A stretch of DNA of 61,574 nt, filler included, from Choristocarpus tenellus KU-1152 (taxonomy: Eukaryota; Protista; Phaeophyceae): assembly GCA_964200185.2 (NCBI GenBank). It is 13 parts of 13 records of this genome, joined end to end, with 100 filler letters (N's around TTAATTAATTAA, not from the genome) between each part and the next. Parts side by side here need not be neighbours in the genome. Positions count along the whole stretch, not along the records: positions 1 to 4,290 come from CAXNAD020015262.1; positions 4,391 to 8,356 come from CAXNAD020016889.1; positions 8,457 to 18,954 come from CAXNAD020002894.1; 10 more parts are not named here. The stretch is one strand, 5' to 3'. Below are positions 1-11,436 of the stretch, in pieces; position 1 is the first letter of the stretch; the number at the start of each line of letters is the position of its first letter. The notes beneath the pieces were generated by a model. The model saw only the letters and a list, made by a program, of their open reading frames with translations, was not told the DNA's origin and searched no databases. Made by a program: the position numbers and the translations under genes.

Positions 1-19
1 TTCCCCCCCCCCCCCCCTC

Positions 20-54
<35 letters not shown>

Positions 55-701
55 GGGAGTTGAAGATATCTGAAAAAGAAGTGTTTTCTCAACTTGTGTA
101 GTGTTAGGGATCTATCCGGGATTTCTCTCGAGAGTTTGTACGACTCACCGGCTCTATTCTGTTGCGATACCTACCCCCCGCAGGCGTCTTGATATGAGGT
201 ATACCTCACTCGTGCATTTTAAAAAAAGAATTAAAAAAAAAGGTGTATCGTGTGCTCCATCCCAACTCTACTAGTAGTGAGATTGGCTGTTGCTGGATCT
301 AATGCCTCTGCAATATATATATATATATATTGCTATTGAGGAGGGCATGCGTATCATTGGCTCCTTGTAGAGTGTGGTCATTTTGATTGGTCTACATTGT
401 GATTTTTGAACACTGTGTCCCTTGTCCTGTTCATATTATTGTTTGTGTTGTGTGGCTTCAATAACGTCTCTGCTTGCGAACTGGTTGAAGTGGGTGGAAA
501 CTTTTTCACTTATTATACATAATATGGCTTTTTCAAACAATAATGTTTTGTATTTATTTAATAGCAACTGTGCTGGCCTACCAGTTGAAGTGAGTGAGTG
601 AAAGGTATCTTATTTCTTAAGAGATAATATTTGATGTATTTTTATTTAATGACAGTAGGTAAGGCCTTGCTTGAAGAGCAATATTGCTTTTTCCTCTATT
701 T

Positions 702-725
702 GGTTAGGGTTAGGGTTAGGGTTAG
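702..725 (+). repeat. Interstitial telomeric (TTAGGG)n tract; shorter or degenerate ones near 17570-17630, 55953-55970, 57464-57478, 60740-60752
   Basis: GGTTAGGGTTAGGGTTAGGGTTAG read directly. Confidence 0.85.
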
Positions 726-1706
726 TACTTTTTGACACTGGATTTGAGACACTTTCAACTAATTTTTAAAGACGACAATAATGATGATAGAAATGGATAT
801 AACTGTTCTGTTGTTGTGGAGGAGGGATTTAGTGTATATATAATAGTTTTGTGTGATAAGCAGCAAGAGTACAATTGTAAAAAAAGGAGTATTGTGTTGG
901 AGTATGTTTCTGTTCCCTTTTTGTCAATAGATTTTTTATATTATGATACTACTTTTGGAATAATAATTATACTAAACCTGTTTTGTTCTTCTGTTGTGGA
1001 GGAGGAATTTAGTATAAAGTGTTCTAGCACTGGAAATTAATGATGGAATGTTAAGAAAGGAAATTGTGTATCTGAGTTTTTTTTTAGGGTTTCTCTGTTT
1101 CATTTCTTCTCTACACTCTGTAGACATTTGTATCCATGAAAGAGGTCTCTGACAACCAAACATTCCAAGGGAGGGAGGGGGGCTTAGTATTCATTTGAAG
1201 AAAGAAAAAAAAAACTAGGAAGCTTCCTGTTTGCAAAAGAAAATTCTCTTTCTGTTGTTTCTCTTTTTCCCTCTTTCTTATCCTCCTTATCTTTCTTTTT
1301 TCTCAGCTTTGCAGAAAAAAATATTAATGTGTTACTACTACATACGTATGATGTTTTGTTTTATGTTTAAATTTCACCTCTTCAGTTGCTTTTTGTTTTA
1401 AATATGATCATCCTATTTTTTCGTTCTTTTTATTTTGTTCTGTTCATTCTAAATATATTTATAATCCTACTTTTTCCATTCTTTTTATTTTGTTCTGTTC
1501 ATTTTAAATATATTTATAATCCTACTTTTTTCCATTCTTTTTTTTTTGTTCTGTTCATTTTAAATGCACATTTATTTATAATAATCATCCAACTTCTTGG
1601 CGTCTCTACATAGTACACTCGGTGCCGTCGATTTGAAACGCATACAACACACACTCAATCACTATTCTAATTTCATTTATTTCTTTTCATTCTACCACTT
1701 TTTATA

Positions 1707-1753
<47 letters not shown>

Positions 1754-1845
1754 AACGGAACCACTTCTATCTCCTCATTCCTCCACCCACACTTCTTTTT
1801 CTTTTTCTCAAATTATTATTTTTTTCTCGTTTATAAATTTCTCAG

Positions 1846-4290
1846 AAAGAGGCCGAAGCCGTCCTTGACAGAGATCCCTTCGTTGCCGCGGGACTATTCA
1901 AGACCAGATCCCTGTACCGCTGGCCCTCTCTCCCTAAGCACCACAAGATGTTCTACCCGGCCAGGTACCTGCCATATGTGGCCCTGTGCATGGACAAGCG
2001 TGGGATGTCTGAGGTCAGGAAAGCGACTCGCCCTGCACACATTGAGTACCTGACAGAAACAAGGTATAGTTGGGTGGTAGTATGTGAAAAGGGTATAACT
2101 AGAGGCGTTTTTAGTGGTGGGCTTCCAAGGTGTTGAAATCCTTGTTGTGATGCGTCCAGCTGCCGAGGTTTTGTGGAACAGTGCTAAATACTACTGTAGT
2201 GATAAATATATGTGTATGTTTATGTGTGTGTGTGTGCGTGTGTGTGTATACATACACTCCACTCCCCTTTTGTGTGGGAACACCACTGTAATGTTATGGT
2301 GTGATGTTTGTGCGTGATGACTTGTATGTATACTGTATATTATATACTGTATATTATATAATATATATTGTATACTTGATCTTTTGAAGGAGGTATCTAG
2401 CGTTTGAGAGAGACCATTCTTTTTGGAAGAAAAAAATTATTGTGTGTATATTATATGCTATATATTGTATATTATATATCTTTGTTTTCTCACGCCGGAA
2501 GGACTGAAATGTAGTGTTTTTTGTTGGATGTCCAAGTTCACTTGTGTGTGTTGTGTACAATGGTCATGGCATGTAGAATCCTTGGGCTTTGATGCTTATG
2601 TGGAGGTGTTGGTTGTGTTCCCCAGCTGTGCTCTGTGAATTGCTTCCCCATGTTTTTATTTTTCCACTTTTGATGATCTGCAGCACAGGGGGGGGGGAGG
2701 GGAGGGGGGGTACTGCTATGTTAGTCAGGCGTGTTTCTAACCATAGCGAGATTGAATCGCTACACTATTATTATATTTTTTAATTTATTGAAACCGAAAA
2801 AATTATTTGTGCATATGTGAGAACACGTTTTGGACCAATCAGTCTCTGCCGTCAAAAAGAGATTGGGGAGGGGGGGGTTCTTGAATGGGTGTTGGCCTTT
2901 TTGAGTTGTGTTGATTGCAATACATTTTTTTTATTTTGGAGTCGATGCTCGTAGGTTGATTTAATTTTTTTATTTTGATTGACGGCAACATCCCCCCAAT
3001 ATACTTATATTTATATTTATATTTACATTTGTTTGGGCTGTACTTGAATGTATTATTTGTGTGTGTGGTGTGTGTCTGTGTGTGAATTGGCAGGTCCTCT
3101 GAATTTTTTTTTTTTTGTATTTGAATAAAAATATATATATTTGTAAGTGGTGTGAACAATAGGCACTCCACGTACATATTTTTATTTTGTTTTTATGTTC
3201 ATGTATTATCTTGATGTTTTTGTTTTTTTCACTGTATAGTCATGGTGATATATTTTTATTATTGTTATTTTATTTGTGTGTATGTCGCGTATGTTTTTGT
3301 TTTTTGTTTTAGGTCTCCTCTTTTACATTTTTATTTTTATTGTAGTTGTTGTTGTTGTGTGGAGTTGAAGTACCTAACGGCGTTAGTTGTTTTTGAGAGT
3401 TTAAATAAGTACTTGGTAGTGTCATTTTTTAACAAGTCGGTGTTGGTGGTTGAGTTTAGCGTGAGGGCGTTCTATTGGTGGAAATAATAATATTTTATTT
3501 CCTATTGGTGAAAACAATTAGACACTATTTACTACTGGTTAGAGCAGGAAGACACTCTTTCCTATTGGTGTAAAATGCTGCCTCTTGCATGATGACATGA
3601 ATCATCAATCTAACCATGCTCTCTCTCTCTCTCTCTCTCTCTGTATCTGTGTCATAAGAAATGCCACTGAAGTAGGGCCCCTGTTCCCTCCCAAAGATAT
3701 CGTTGTTAGAGTCAAGAACGATGACCCCGACATGGATGATGATGAGGAGGAGGAGAAGAAGGAGGATGAACCCACACCAGTGGGATCCATGATCTTCTTC
3801 AGTGCGGCCTGTGACGAGGACGCTGCTGCCTATGTGGAAAAGGACCCCTACAGCAAGGCCGGTCTGTTCAAGAACGTTTTTGTGACTAGGTATCAAATTT
3901 ATTTATTTATTTAATTATTCATTGGCTTTTTTTATTGTTGCAGGTCATGCTATTGTTATGTTTTTTTTTATCGGGGCTTCTTGATTGTAGTGTATTGAAT
4001 TTGATCGATTTGTTTTTGTGCAGATTGAATAAGAATTATATTAAATACTGATAATACTGATAATTATGATAATTATGTTGATATTAATGATATTAATGGG
4101 AGTGTTTTATGGACGACTGTTATCGATTTCCTTCCACGCACTGTTTTCTTTTCTTTCTTTCTTTCTTAAACTTCTCCTATTCTTTTGTGTGTTCTCTGTG
4201 GATGGAAATGAAAATGGAAATGGAAATGAAAATGGGGGGGGGGGGGTGTCGGAGAACAGGTATAAAGATTTAGATGTCGAGGGGGGGTTC
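1846..4290 (+). CDS. Partial multi-exon gene for a tandem YciI-like (YCII-related, dimeric alpha/beta barrel) protein; exons 1846-2063, 3659-3889, 4260->4290
   Basis: Exon 1 encodes a YciI C-terminus (EAEAVLDRDPFVAAGLF) then a new N-terminus (YVALCMDKRGMSEVRKATRPAHIEYL). Exon 2 encodes GPL...PVGSMIFFSAACDEDAAAYVEKDPYSKAGLFKNVFVTR. AG/GT boundaries join in frame (phase 2 at both junctions). Confidence 0.85.
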
Positions 4291-4390
4291 NNNNNNNNNN
4301 NNNNNNNNNNNNNNNNNNNNNNNNNNNNNNNNNNTTAATTAATTAANNNNNNNNNNNNNNNNNNNNNNNNNNNNNNNNNNNNNNNNNNNN
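4291..4390. other. Artificial contig spacer N44-TTAATTAATTAA-N44. Identical spacers at 8357-8456, 18955-19054, 24651-24750, 27499-27598, 33507-33606, 36457-36556, 41189-41288, 46968-47067, 50426-50525, 55076-55175, 57879-57978
   Basis: Twelve identical 100-bp blocks, each with a six-frame stop linker in the middle of the Ns. Confidence 0.99.
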
Positions 4391-4691
4391 CAGTACATTG
4401 AAAGTCTCCTCCGTCCCTGGGGCTCTGGGTTGTGCTAGGAGCACGCTGACCCCCTTGGAAATTCCTCTGTGGAAGTGACCCAGAGCTGCAGCGCGTTTAT
4501 GGCGGGATTTGGGGTCCTCTCCAGGGGCCTCCCTACGCTTGCTGGTCGTCTGGGATCGTTGTAGTAGCCATGTAACTAGTTCTTGGATGTTCCCTGAAGC
4601 CACCCGGGCAAACCTTTCCTCCCTCAAGAATTTGTCAGTAAGAGGCCAGAGATCATGTGGAAGAGTTTGGATGCTCTGATGACCCTTTATT
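4391..4691 (-). mobile_element. Relic of a CRE/R2-like non-LTR retrotransposon ORF, region upstream of RT
   Basis: Translation RHKRAAALGHFHRGISKGVSVLLAQPRAPGTEETFNVL resembles the 'G.ISKA...L...AP.T.ET...L' pre-RT segment of REL-type LINEs. Confidence 0.45.
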
Positions 4692-4950
4692 GAGCCAAAG
4701 TATCTTAGAGGGTAGGGCCACGTCCATTTGGGGGTCAAAATCCAATGTTGCGATTTTGATGTAATTTTGGCTATCGTGTTTGTTAGGAAGTCTCAATATC
4801 CTTGCTCTAGACACAGTTTTTCATAATGTACACATTTTACCTACTCCGAAACATTTTGGAGTAGGAAAATGTCATAAAAAATCCCATAGGAAGCCAAGCT
4901 CCAAATGGACAACCTGGGCAAAACTCGTACCCTCTAAGATACTTTCACTC
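4692..4950 (+). mobile_element. MITE family A copy 1 (~260 bp)
   Basis: TIRs GAGCCAAAGTATCTTAGAGGGTA...TACCCTCTAAGATACTTTCACTC; homologous to nine other copies; flanks ATT/TGA do not match. Confidence 0.93.
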
Positions 4951-6500
4951 TGACCCAAGTACAAGATGATTACCTGAAACATGTCATAACATACGCCAGT
5001 CATAGATGGTCTAGAAGAGATAGTAGAAGAGCACCTACCGAAAGAGAATACATGGCTATCTTGCGGGCTGTAGAACACTTTCGCACTTACATTTGGGTTT
5101 GGAAAATTCTCTTTAATTATTGATAGCTCAGCCCTGACTTGGCTCTTTAAGAGTCGCGAACTTAGCCCCAAGCTCCACAGGGGGGCCCTTCGCCTCATGG
5201 AAGATGACATGGAATGGAAGTGGCGAGCAGGCTCGAAACATCAGCCACCAGACGGACTTTCACGACTCTCTCCGCTAGGTACACCAGGTTTGGATATTGA
5301 TGATTCCTTCCCTGAGAGTGAAAGTATCTTAGAGGGTACGAGTCTTGCCCTGTTTGTCCATTTGGGGCTTGGCGTCCCACGGGGTTCTTTATGACATTTT
5401 CCTACTCCGAAGTGTTTCGGAGTAGGTAAAATATATATGTTATGAAAAGGTGTGGTCGGAACATGGATATTGATACTTCCTAACAAACACCATAGCCAAA
5501 ATTACATCCAAATCGCAACATTGGATTTTGTCCCCCAAATGGATGCAGCTCTACCATCTAAGGTACTTTGAGTCTGATGATCCGTCAGTAGCATGTCACA
5601 AAAGCTACGCTGGGCCAAGAGAACCCGTCTTAGATGGTGTATGTTTGCAGGACTTAGGCGCATCAGACCTTAACCCAGGTCATCCCACAACATCCCCTAC
5701 CTCTCTCTATGCTTTGGTGGATTCAGAGCTAGAATGTTCTTCTCCCTCACATGAAGAACCTAGTCTAGGGGTGGCAAACATGACACCTTGAGAATCAGTT
5801 GGTATCACATTCTCATAAATACTTTCAACACTGCAAAGCTGTCGCACAGAAGCTGATAGTCGTAACTCAAGTGTTGAAGGTTAGCTACCACCCAGTAGAC
5901 CCCAAGATCAAAGTCTATCAATGCGTAAACCCCCTCCTTCTGGATGGATGGTCCCAGATAAGATACGTAGCGTAGATCCGACTCTTGCCTCAAAGCAACC
6001 TTTTCCTCCATCTAATTCATCCAACATTCTTGGATGGCTACTGTTGGACTCTATCCTTGAAGACAAGGTAGCAGCAAAGGGAACAGTGGGAGAAGAGATG
6101 CTACCATGCAAGAAAATGCGCAAAGGTAAAATTTGGACCAAAAAACAAGATGGACTCTTCGGATTGAGGGCAACAGGAACTTGGTGTACCACTTCTGTTA
6201 CGACTCATGGTCGATGGTCCCATCGAAAGGGCATTGCTCATCCACCTTCCGCTTCTTGGATATCTGGACAACTCTCTTCATGACACAAATACACCAATTC
6301 CTGAGCTTGCCGTCAAAGTCGTCAGAAAGGTCTGACTTTGCTTGCCATAATAATTATCACATTGGGGTTATGGGTATTGCGCTTGTCTCAGGTAGACCCT
6401 GGACATTCCTCGTGGGGAAAGTCCGTACTGTGTCTCCCTGTGCTCTATGGTGTAGAACCATGCCCCATCTACATGGATCCTGTTGCTCACGTGTTATATG
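4951..6500 (+). mobile_element. Decayed Ty3/gypsy pol relic (RNase H clear; downstream part weak), interrupted by a MITE
   Basis: LTQ...VITYASHRWSRRDSRRAPTEREYMAILRAVEHFRTY / FSLIIDSSALTWLFKSRELSPKLHRGALRLMEDDMEWKWRAGSKHQPPDGLSRL is a Ty3 RT-RNase H signature; frameshifts and stops present; right boundary approximate. Confidence 0.8.
5316..5574 (-). mobile_element. MITE family A copy 2, TGA target-site duplication
   Basis: CCTGA|GAGTGAAAGTATC...TACTTTGAGTC|TGA; removing the element plus one TGA restores the gypsy frame (SFP-D-DP). Confidence 0.95.
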
Positions 6501-8158
6501 GAAAATATTGGATCAATTATTGACTGAATTAATCGCAAGATCCACTCTGTCCTCTCATGCTGCAGAGTAAGTGTGGGTTCAATACAAAGAGTGTGTTCTG
6601 TCACCCCCAAGTCTTCCAACCACCACTGGAGTGTTTAGATGGGCTTCTGAAGTCCGTTTTCATTCATGTAGGGTAAGCTCGGTGTCAGTGCATGACCGAT
6701 TCTCAGTATTTATGCTCCAGATTTTACGCAATTCGGTAGGTGTGAGCTCTGATGGGTGCTCAGGCTTTGCCCGGAGCTTGCGTCCGGCGTGCTGTCTACA
6801 ACAAGTTCTTTTGAATATTTACCTCATAGATTTGGGATGTAATTTAGGAAACCCCAAAGTCGGTTCAGGATCCTTGACAAACCATATGGCAAAAAGGGAG
6901 CCCACAATGGGATTTAGCATTTTAATTCGCACACAAAGGTCATAACGATTCTCTTCTGAAAACTCACAGCTGCTATTGGGACGGGGGTTCTTGGTGTAGA
7001 TGTCTTTGTAAAGGAGGCAGGAAAAGTGATTGATCATTTTCATATCTGGTTCAAATCTGCGGTTGATATATACTCAACCTCTTCACACACACGAATGAGT
7101 TTGGATCTAAGCAGGTCATTCTATATAGTATTGTGCTCTCTGACATTTGGCAGGTGTGTCAGGGCAGGAGCCAATTCCATACCAAAACTCCTATAGAAGT
7201 AACAGTTTTCGTAAATGTAAAAGATATGTTTCTATTATCTATTTACTATTTGCCTATCAGGTATGATACACCACTCCCCTCCTATGCCTCGAACCTATCT
7301 TATGCATACAGGACAGGGCGAGGGAGTTAGGTAACCATCCGTAGAATCTGATGTGTCCTTATATTTGTTCCTTTTATCGAGGGCTTTCCGTTGATTATCA
7401 TGATATTTCCAATATCCTCCTAAAATGAATCTTCCATCCCATCCCATACCAACTCTCCATGCAAACTTCTCAGTTGGTTGAATGTTGTTCGAAGTACTAG
7501 ATGGAAAGATAGTGTAGCCTTCTAGAATATGTTCCTTAATTATGAAAGAAGTTCAACAACTCTTGATTTATTTGATATGTAGAATAATAATAATACTGCT
7601 TTGTGTCCAATCTTGTTTGGACGTTGGTTATATTTCCTTGTATATAGCGAGATTCAAAGGAAGTAATGTAGGCAGTACGATTAGTCATCATACAGGACAG
7701 TACGATTAATCATCATGCGGGACACAGTGAGAACTTTGGATGGTATGAGAAGCAGTACCTAGTGGATAGTAAGTTCCTCCGACAACAGATCCGAATCCTC
7801 CTAAATATATGTGTAACAAATATAACATAAAATATTGAACAATATCATCTTGTTATATCCTACATCTATTATACAACATAATGTTGTATAACATACAACA
7901 TAAATTCCATACTCTCTCGATAATCTACAATATTTCCACAACTACTCGATATAGATAGAATACAACGATTCCTAATATTCTTTGTTGGAACAAAGTTTTC
8001 TGTCCTTACAACATTTCTTATCTTCAAACTTTTGATCACCCAACCTTTCAATTTCAGAAGTTTTCAGATCTCTTCCACAACAAAAGTAACAACTACGGAG
8101 CATGGAGAATGGACACATATTCAACTAGGTACACTTACCATTGTTGGTGGTGTGGGGT

Positions 8159-8356
8159 ATGTGGAAGCCCATGTGGCCTCGTTTTTTGTGGGCGTTGGTG
8201 TTGTGTCCGCTGTTAACACCAAAACTGTGTACTGCGAAAGGAGAGGGGAGGGAAAATGACGCAGCAAGAATTTTTAGGGTATTCATTTTAAAGACAGCGC
8301 GGTCAGGATCCACACTCTTGGGCTATAGGCTCAATGATCTTAGGGGAGACGTATTG
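8159..8356 (+). CDS. 5' end of a secretory-pathway P-loop sulfotransferase-like gene, truncated by the contig end
   Basis: Hydrophobic N-terminus (MWKPMWPRFLWALVLCPLL) followed by the PAPS-binding 5'PSB motif VFILKTARSGSTLLGYRLN. Confidence 0.7.
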
Positions 8357-8456
8357 NNNNNNNNNNNNNNNNNNNNNNNNNNNNNNNNNNNNNNNNNNNN
8401 TTAATTAATTAANNNNNNNNNNNNNNNNNNNNNNNNNNNNNNNNNNNNNNNNNNNN

Positions 8457-8567
8457 CATTTACAGTATCCATCCGACGTATGCAACCAAATCACCCAAAA
8501 ATCGCGACATGAAAAAATTGACCCCAAATGGACGGCCTTCACCCCCCCTCCACAGATACTTTGAGAC
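8457..8567 (-). mobile_element. Terminus of a second TIR family related to MITE A; also 33424-33506, 36557-36602, 41167-41188, ~51590-51618
   Basis: Ends match GA(G/C)(T/C)CAAAGTAT / ATACTTTG..TC but the subterminal sequence differs from family A. Confidence 0.6.
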
Positions 8568-9240
8568 AATGAGCCCACTAGTACATGGACTGAATGCTGA
8601 GAACCGTGCATGGTAAAGAGCTCTGGGATAACATATGGGTATCTGTACAATTTTCGAGGAGATTGGTGCTGGTTTGAGATGTCAAGTACCCTTTCTTCCA
8701 CACCGGGCAAGTGTTTTTTTAAAATACATTGATTCAACCCTTCCACTAGTGTTTCATACAGAAAATTCAAGACATAGTGCAGTACACGTTTCCGGCAGTC
8801 CGTTGATGTTGCACAACAATACACTAAATTGGGTTTATAGTTGACCAGGTAACAGGAATATTCAATCTTAGGCATCACATAGGTATTACTCTCATTGCAT
8901 TCAATGGAGGTTTTGTCTACTTGCTCCTCCACTACCAAAAAACGACTCTCTGGTTTTGGGCACATGTCTTCCCTTCAGTCACCAGTCGCATTTACTTTTC
9001 TGAGTTCAGTTCTGAGTTCAGTTCTGAGTTCAGTTCACAAATGTGTTGTCTACTCGTACCTCCTCCTCATGGATGATGAGTCCCCTTCCCTCGAGGATGA
9101 CCTTGAAATGGGATAATCAATAATCGTCAGACCATCCATTAGTGTCTTAGGACCAGGTTTATAACCTCACGGTGTACATATGGGGCAAATATCGGTGTGG
9201 GTATTGTTGAGGATTTCTCTATCATTGTAAGATTCAATCT

Positions 9241-10680
9241 CTAGCAGAAATGTCCTCTCTGATTCATTGCAGATCTCTCATTCTGAAACAGTAATTCTTT
9301 ATCCCTGAGCTGAGACACTATGTTCCATATCCCTGCATTGGTTAATATGGAATATATGACTATTCCCCTACTGGAGTCCAGGTCCAAAGCCCGAGCTCTA
9401 CATTTCAGTACCCGCCTCAAGAGACTAAAATCCACTCTTGTACCTCTTACCGGGTGCAGGTGTTCTGCATGTGGTTGAACCTCAAACAGAGCACCACCTG
9501 ATTTCTTCGCAACATTCAATTCTGCCTCCAGTCCTGTCTGAAGTGTTGGACCTGATCCAATCATATGCTGTTGCTCGAGAGTTGTCGATGGACCCAGTGT
9601 TGCTCCTGAAGCATCTTGTGGAGCAAACTCGGGCACTGGATCTGGTTCTGGGTTTCTAATTCCTGACAGTGACTCTGACCTCAGACCTATATACAGTCCT
9701 GTCTCCTTTGCAGTTTTGCCTTGCAAACTGTCAAAGGGCAAAGATGCTACACGCTGAGATAGCTTGTCTTCAGAGGGGATCACCCCTTCACCACACATTC
9801 CGGCATCCTCCTTCCGTCCCTCATTCTCCCTCTTGCTCTCATCTCCCCCAACTTGCGTGCCCTCTGATCGTTCCTCTCCTTGGAGTTTACCTTCTCTCTC
9901 CTCTCGAAGACCATTTTTCCCCTGTCCGACCCCTCCTTCAGTTGTCGCGGTAGCAACAAAGGGGGGCTGACTGTGAACTGTTCCCATATCTTGTTCCTTA
10001 GCATGACCCACACCTTTAAGCCAAAACCCAAGTTTTTTCCCATGTCTCACGGCAGTAATTCGAACACGGGCACGTTGGTCGAGCTTATGATTGCAGTTGT
10101 CACAGTTGGTGAGAACAGATCTTGAGCGTAGATCAGGCCTGATATCTACATATTTGTTCATGATGGCATTGGTGAAGGCAGTTTGTCTGGAGCCATTATC
10201 ATGCATAGGACTGGGAAGGACAAGGTTCTTCACAGCAGAACAGATATGATGCCCCTTGGTAAGGAAGAAGCTCGAGAATATACCCTCACACGACGCCAAC
10301 TAGTCAAGGAGAGGGTCAAAGTATAAAAGCAATAGGAACAGGATTGGTGTAAGGGCAAGGCAGTCGTGTGATGGCAGAATTAGAGTGTCAACAGGGTATT
10401 CTGGACTGTTGGTAACATGGTGCTCTCCATCATTCCTCCACCCTATGTATGGTATGGTTGGGGGGAATACATGACAGTCGTGTTGCTTACTTCACACATA
10501 TGAACAGCTCTCGGATCCCACCATAACAATGCCTCTGAAAAAACGACCCTTCCACATATTTAGAACTCTAGCCCAAGGCCTACACGCAGTACCTTGGTTA
10601 GGAAGAGATTTGGGTCCAACAGCTTGGACCTGAGAAACAACCTTTCACAGCGGTGATATGAATATTTTGTCTCACTCCTG
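9241..10680 (-). pseudogene. Decayed, spliced AlkB-like (ALKBH2/3-type) 2OG-Fe(II) dioxygenase
   Basis: Upstream exon PWARVLNMWKGRFFRGIVMVGSESCSYV*SKQH (lid-like). Polypyrimidine-TAG acceptor at 10300-10302. Then FTNAIMNKYVD...SVLTNCD (HxD site, AAC for CAC)...ITAVRHGKKLGFWLK and, after a long low-complexity insert, GALFEVQPHAEHLHPVRGTRVDFSLLRR (distal His and Arg strand). Confidence 0.55.
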
Positions 10681-11436
10681 CCGTTGATCATTGGCACAGG
10701 TAAGGGATAAGGTTGCATAAGATAAACTATAGAACTAGTATGGTCAGTCGACAGCACTGGGTGTGCTGTAGATCGCATGAAAAGGCTTAAAGTTACCTTA
10801 ACGCTGAGACATTGGATGGAGCTCTATAGTATGGGCTTGGGGGGATTATCTCCAGTGAGGGGTCAACAATACATTAACCCTCTGCGCCTGATGGCCTTTG
10901 CAAAATCCCCGAAACATATTACAAGCTCGGAGTTGGAAAGGTTCTTGAATGAGAACAGTAGGTATTTGAGGCCATTAGTTAAGAGGGAGAGAAGTTTGCA
11001 GTGTGATTGCAAATTATTACTGACTAGAGGTGGTATACCGGCTGATCTATTAGTGTAAAAAAGCGTGTTTCATACCATATCTCCTGCCCTTCAATTTTAC
11101 TAGTAGTAGTAGTGTAAGTGTTTTCGAGGGGCCCATATTATCCTAGAGGGGGGGTATTCTTCCCAGTTTGTCCGTTCAGGGCTTGATGGGCTTGATGGGA
11201 TGTTGTAAGATACCTCAGTTTGATGCCTGCTGTGCGGGTGATTTTCCTTGAGATGTGGTTCAGTCAGGGGGATTGATAGGAAGGTGCGTTTAGATGAAAG
11301 AAATTGCCTTACATCTGACAAGTGCACTCAAATGACATGAAAATCACTACAAGATCATTCAGGCCCCGAATGGACGTCTGACCCCCCCTCTAGGATACTA
11401 TGTATTGGCCAGACTCTACAGGTCGGCATGGCAATA

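Noticed and set aside
56-200. Possible upstream YciI exon after the (CT)n tract
   Set aside because: All frames from the first AG hit stops and no convincing YciI motif is present.
732-3487. Numerous 60-110 aa Phe/Ile/Tyr-rich ORFs
   Set aside because: Low-complexity AT-rich intron sequence; only 1846-2063 is supported as an exon.
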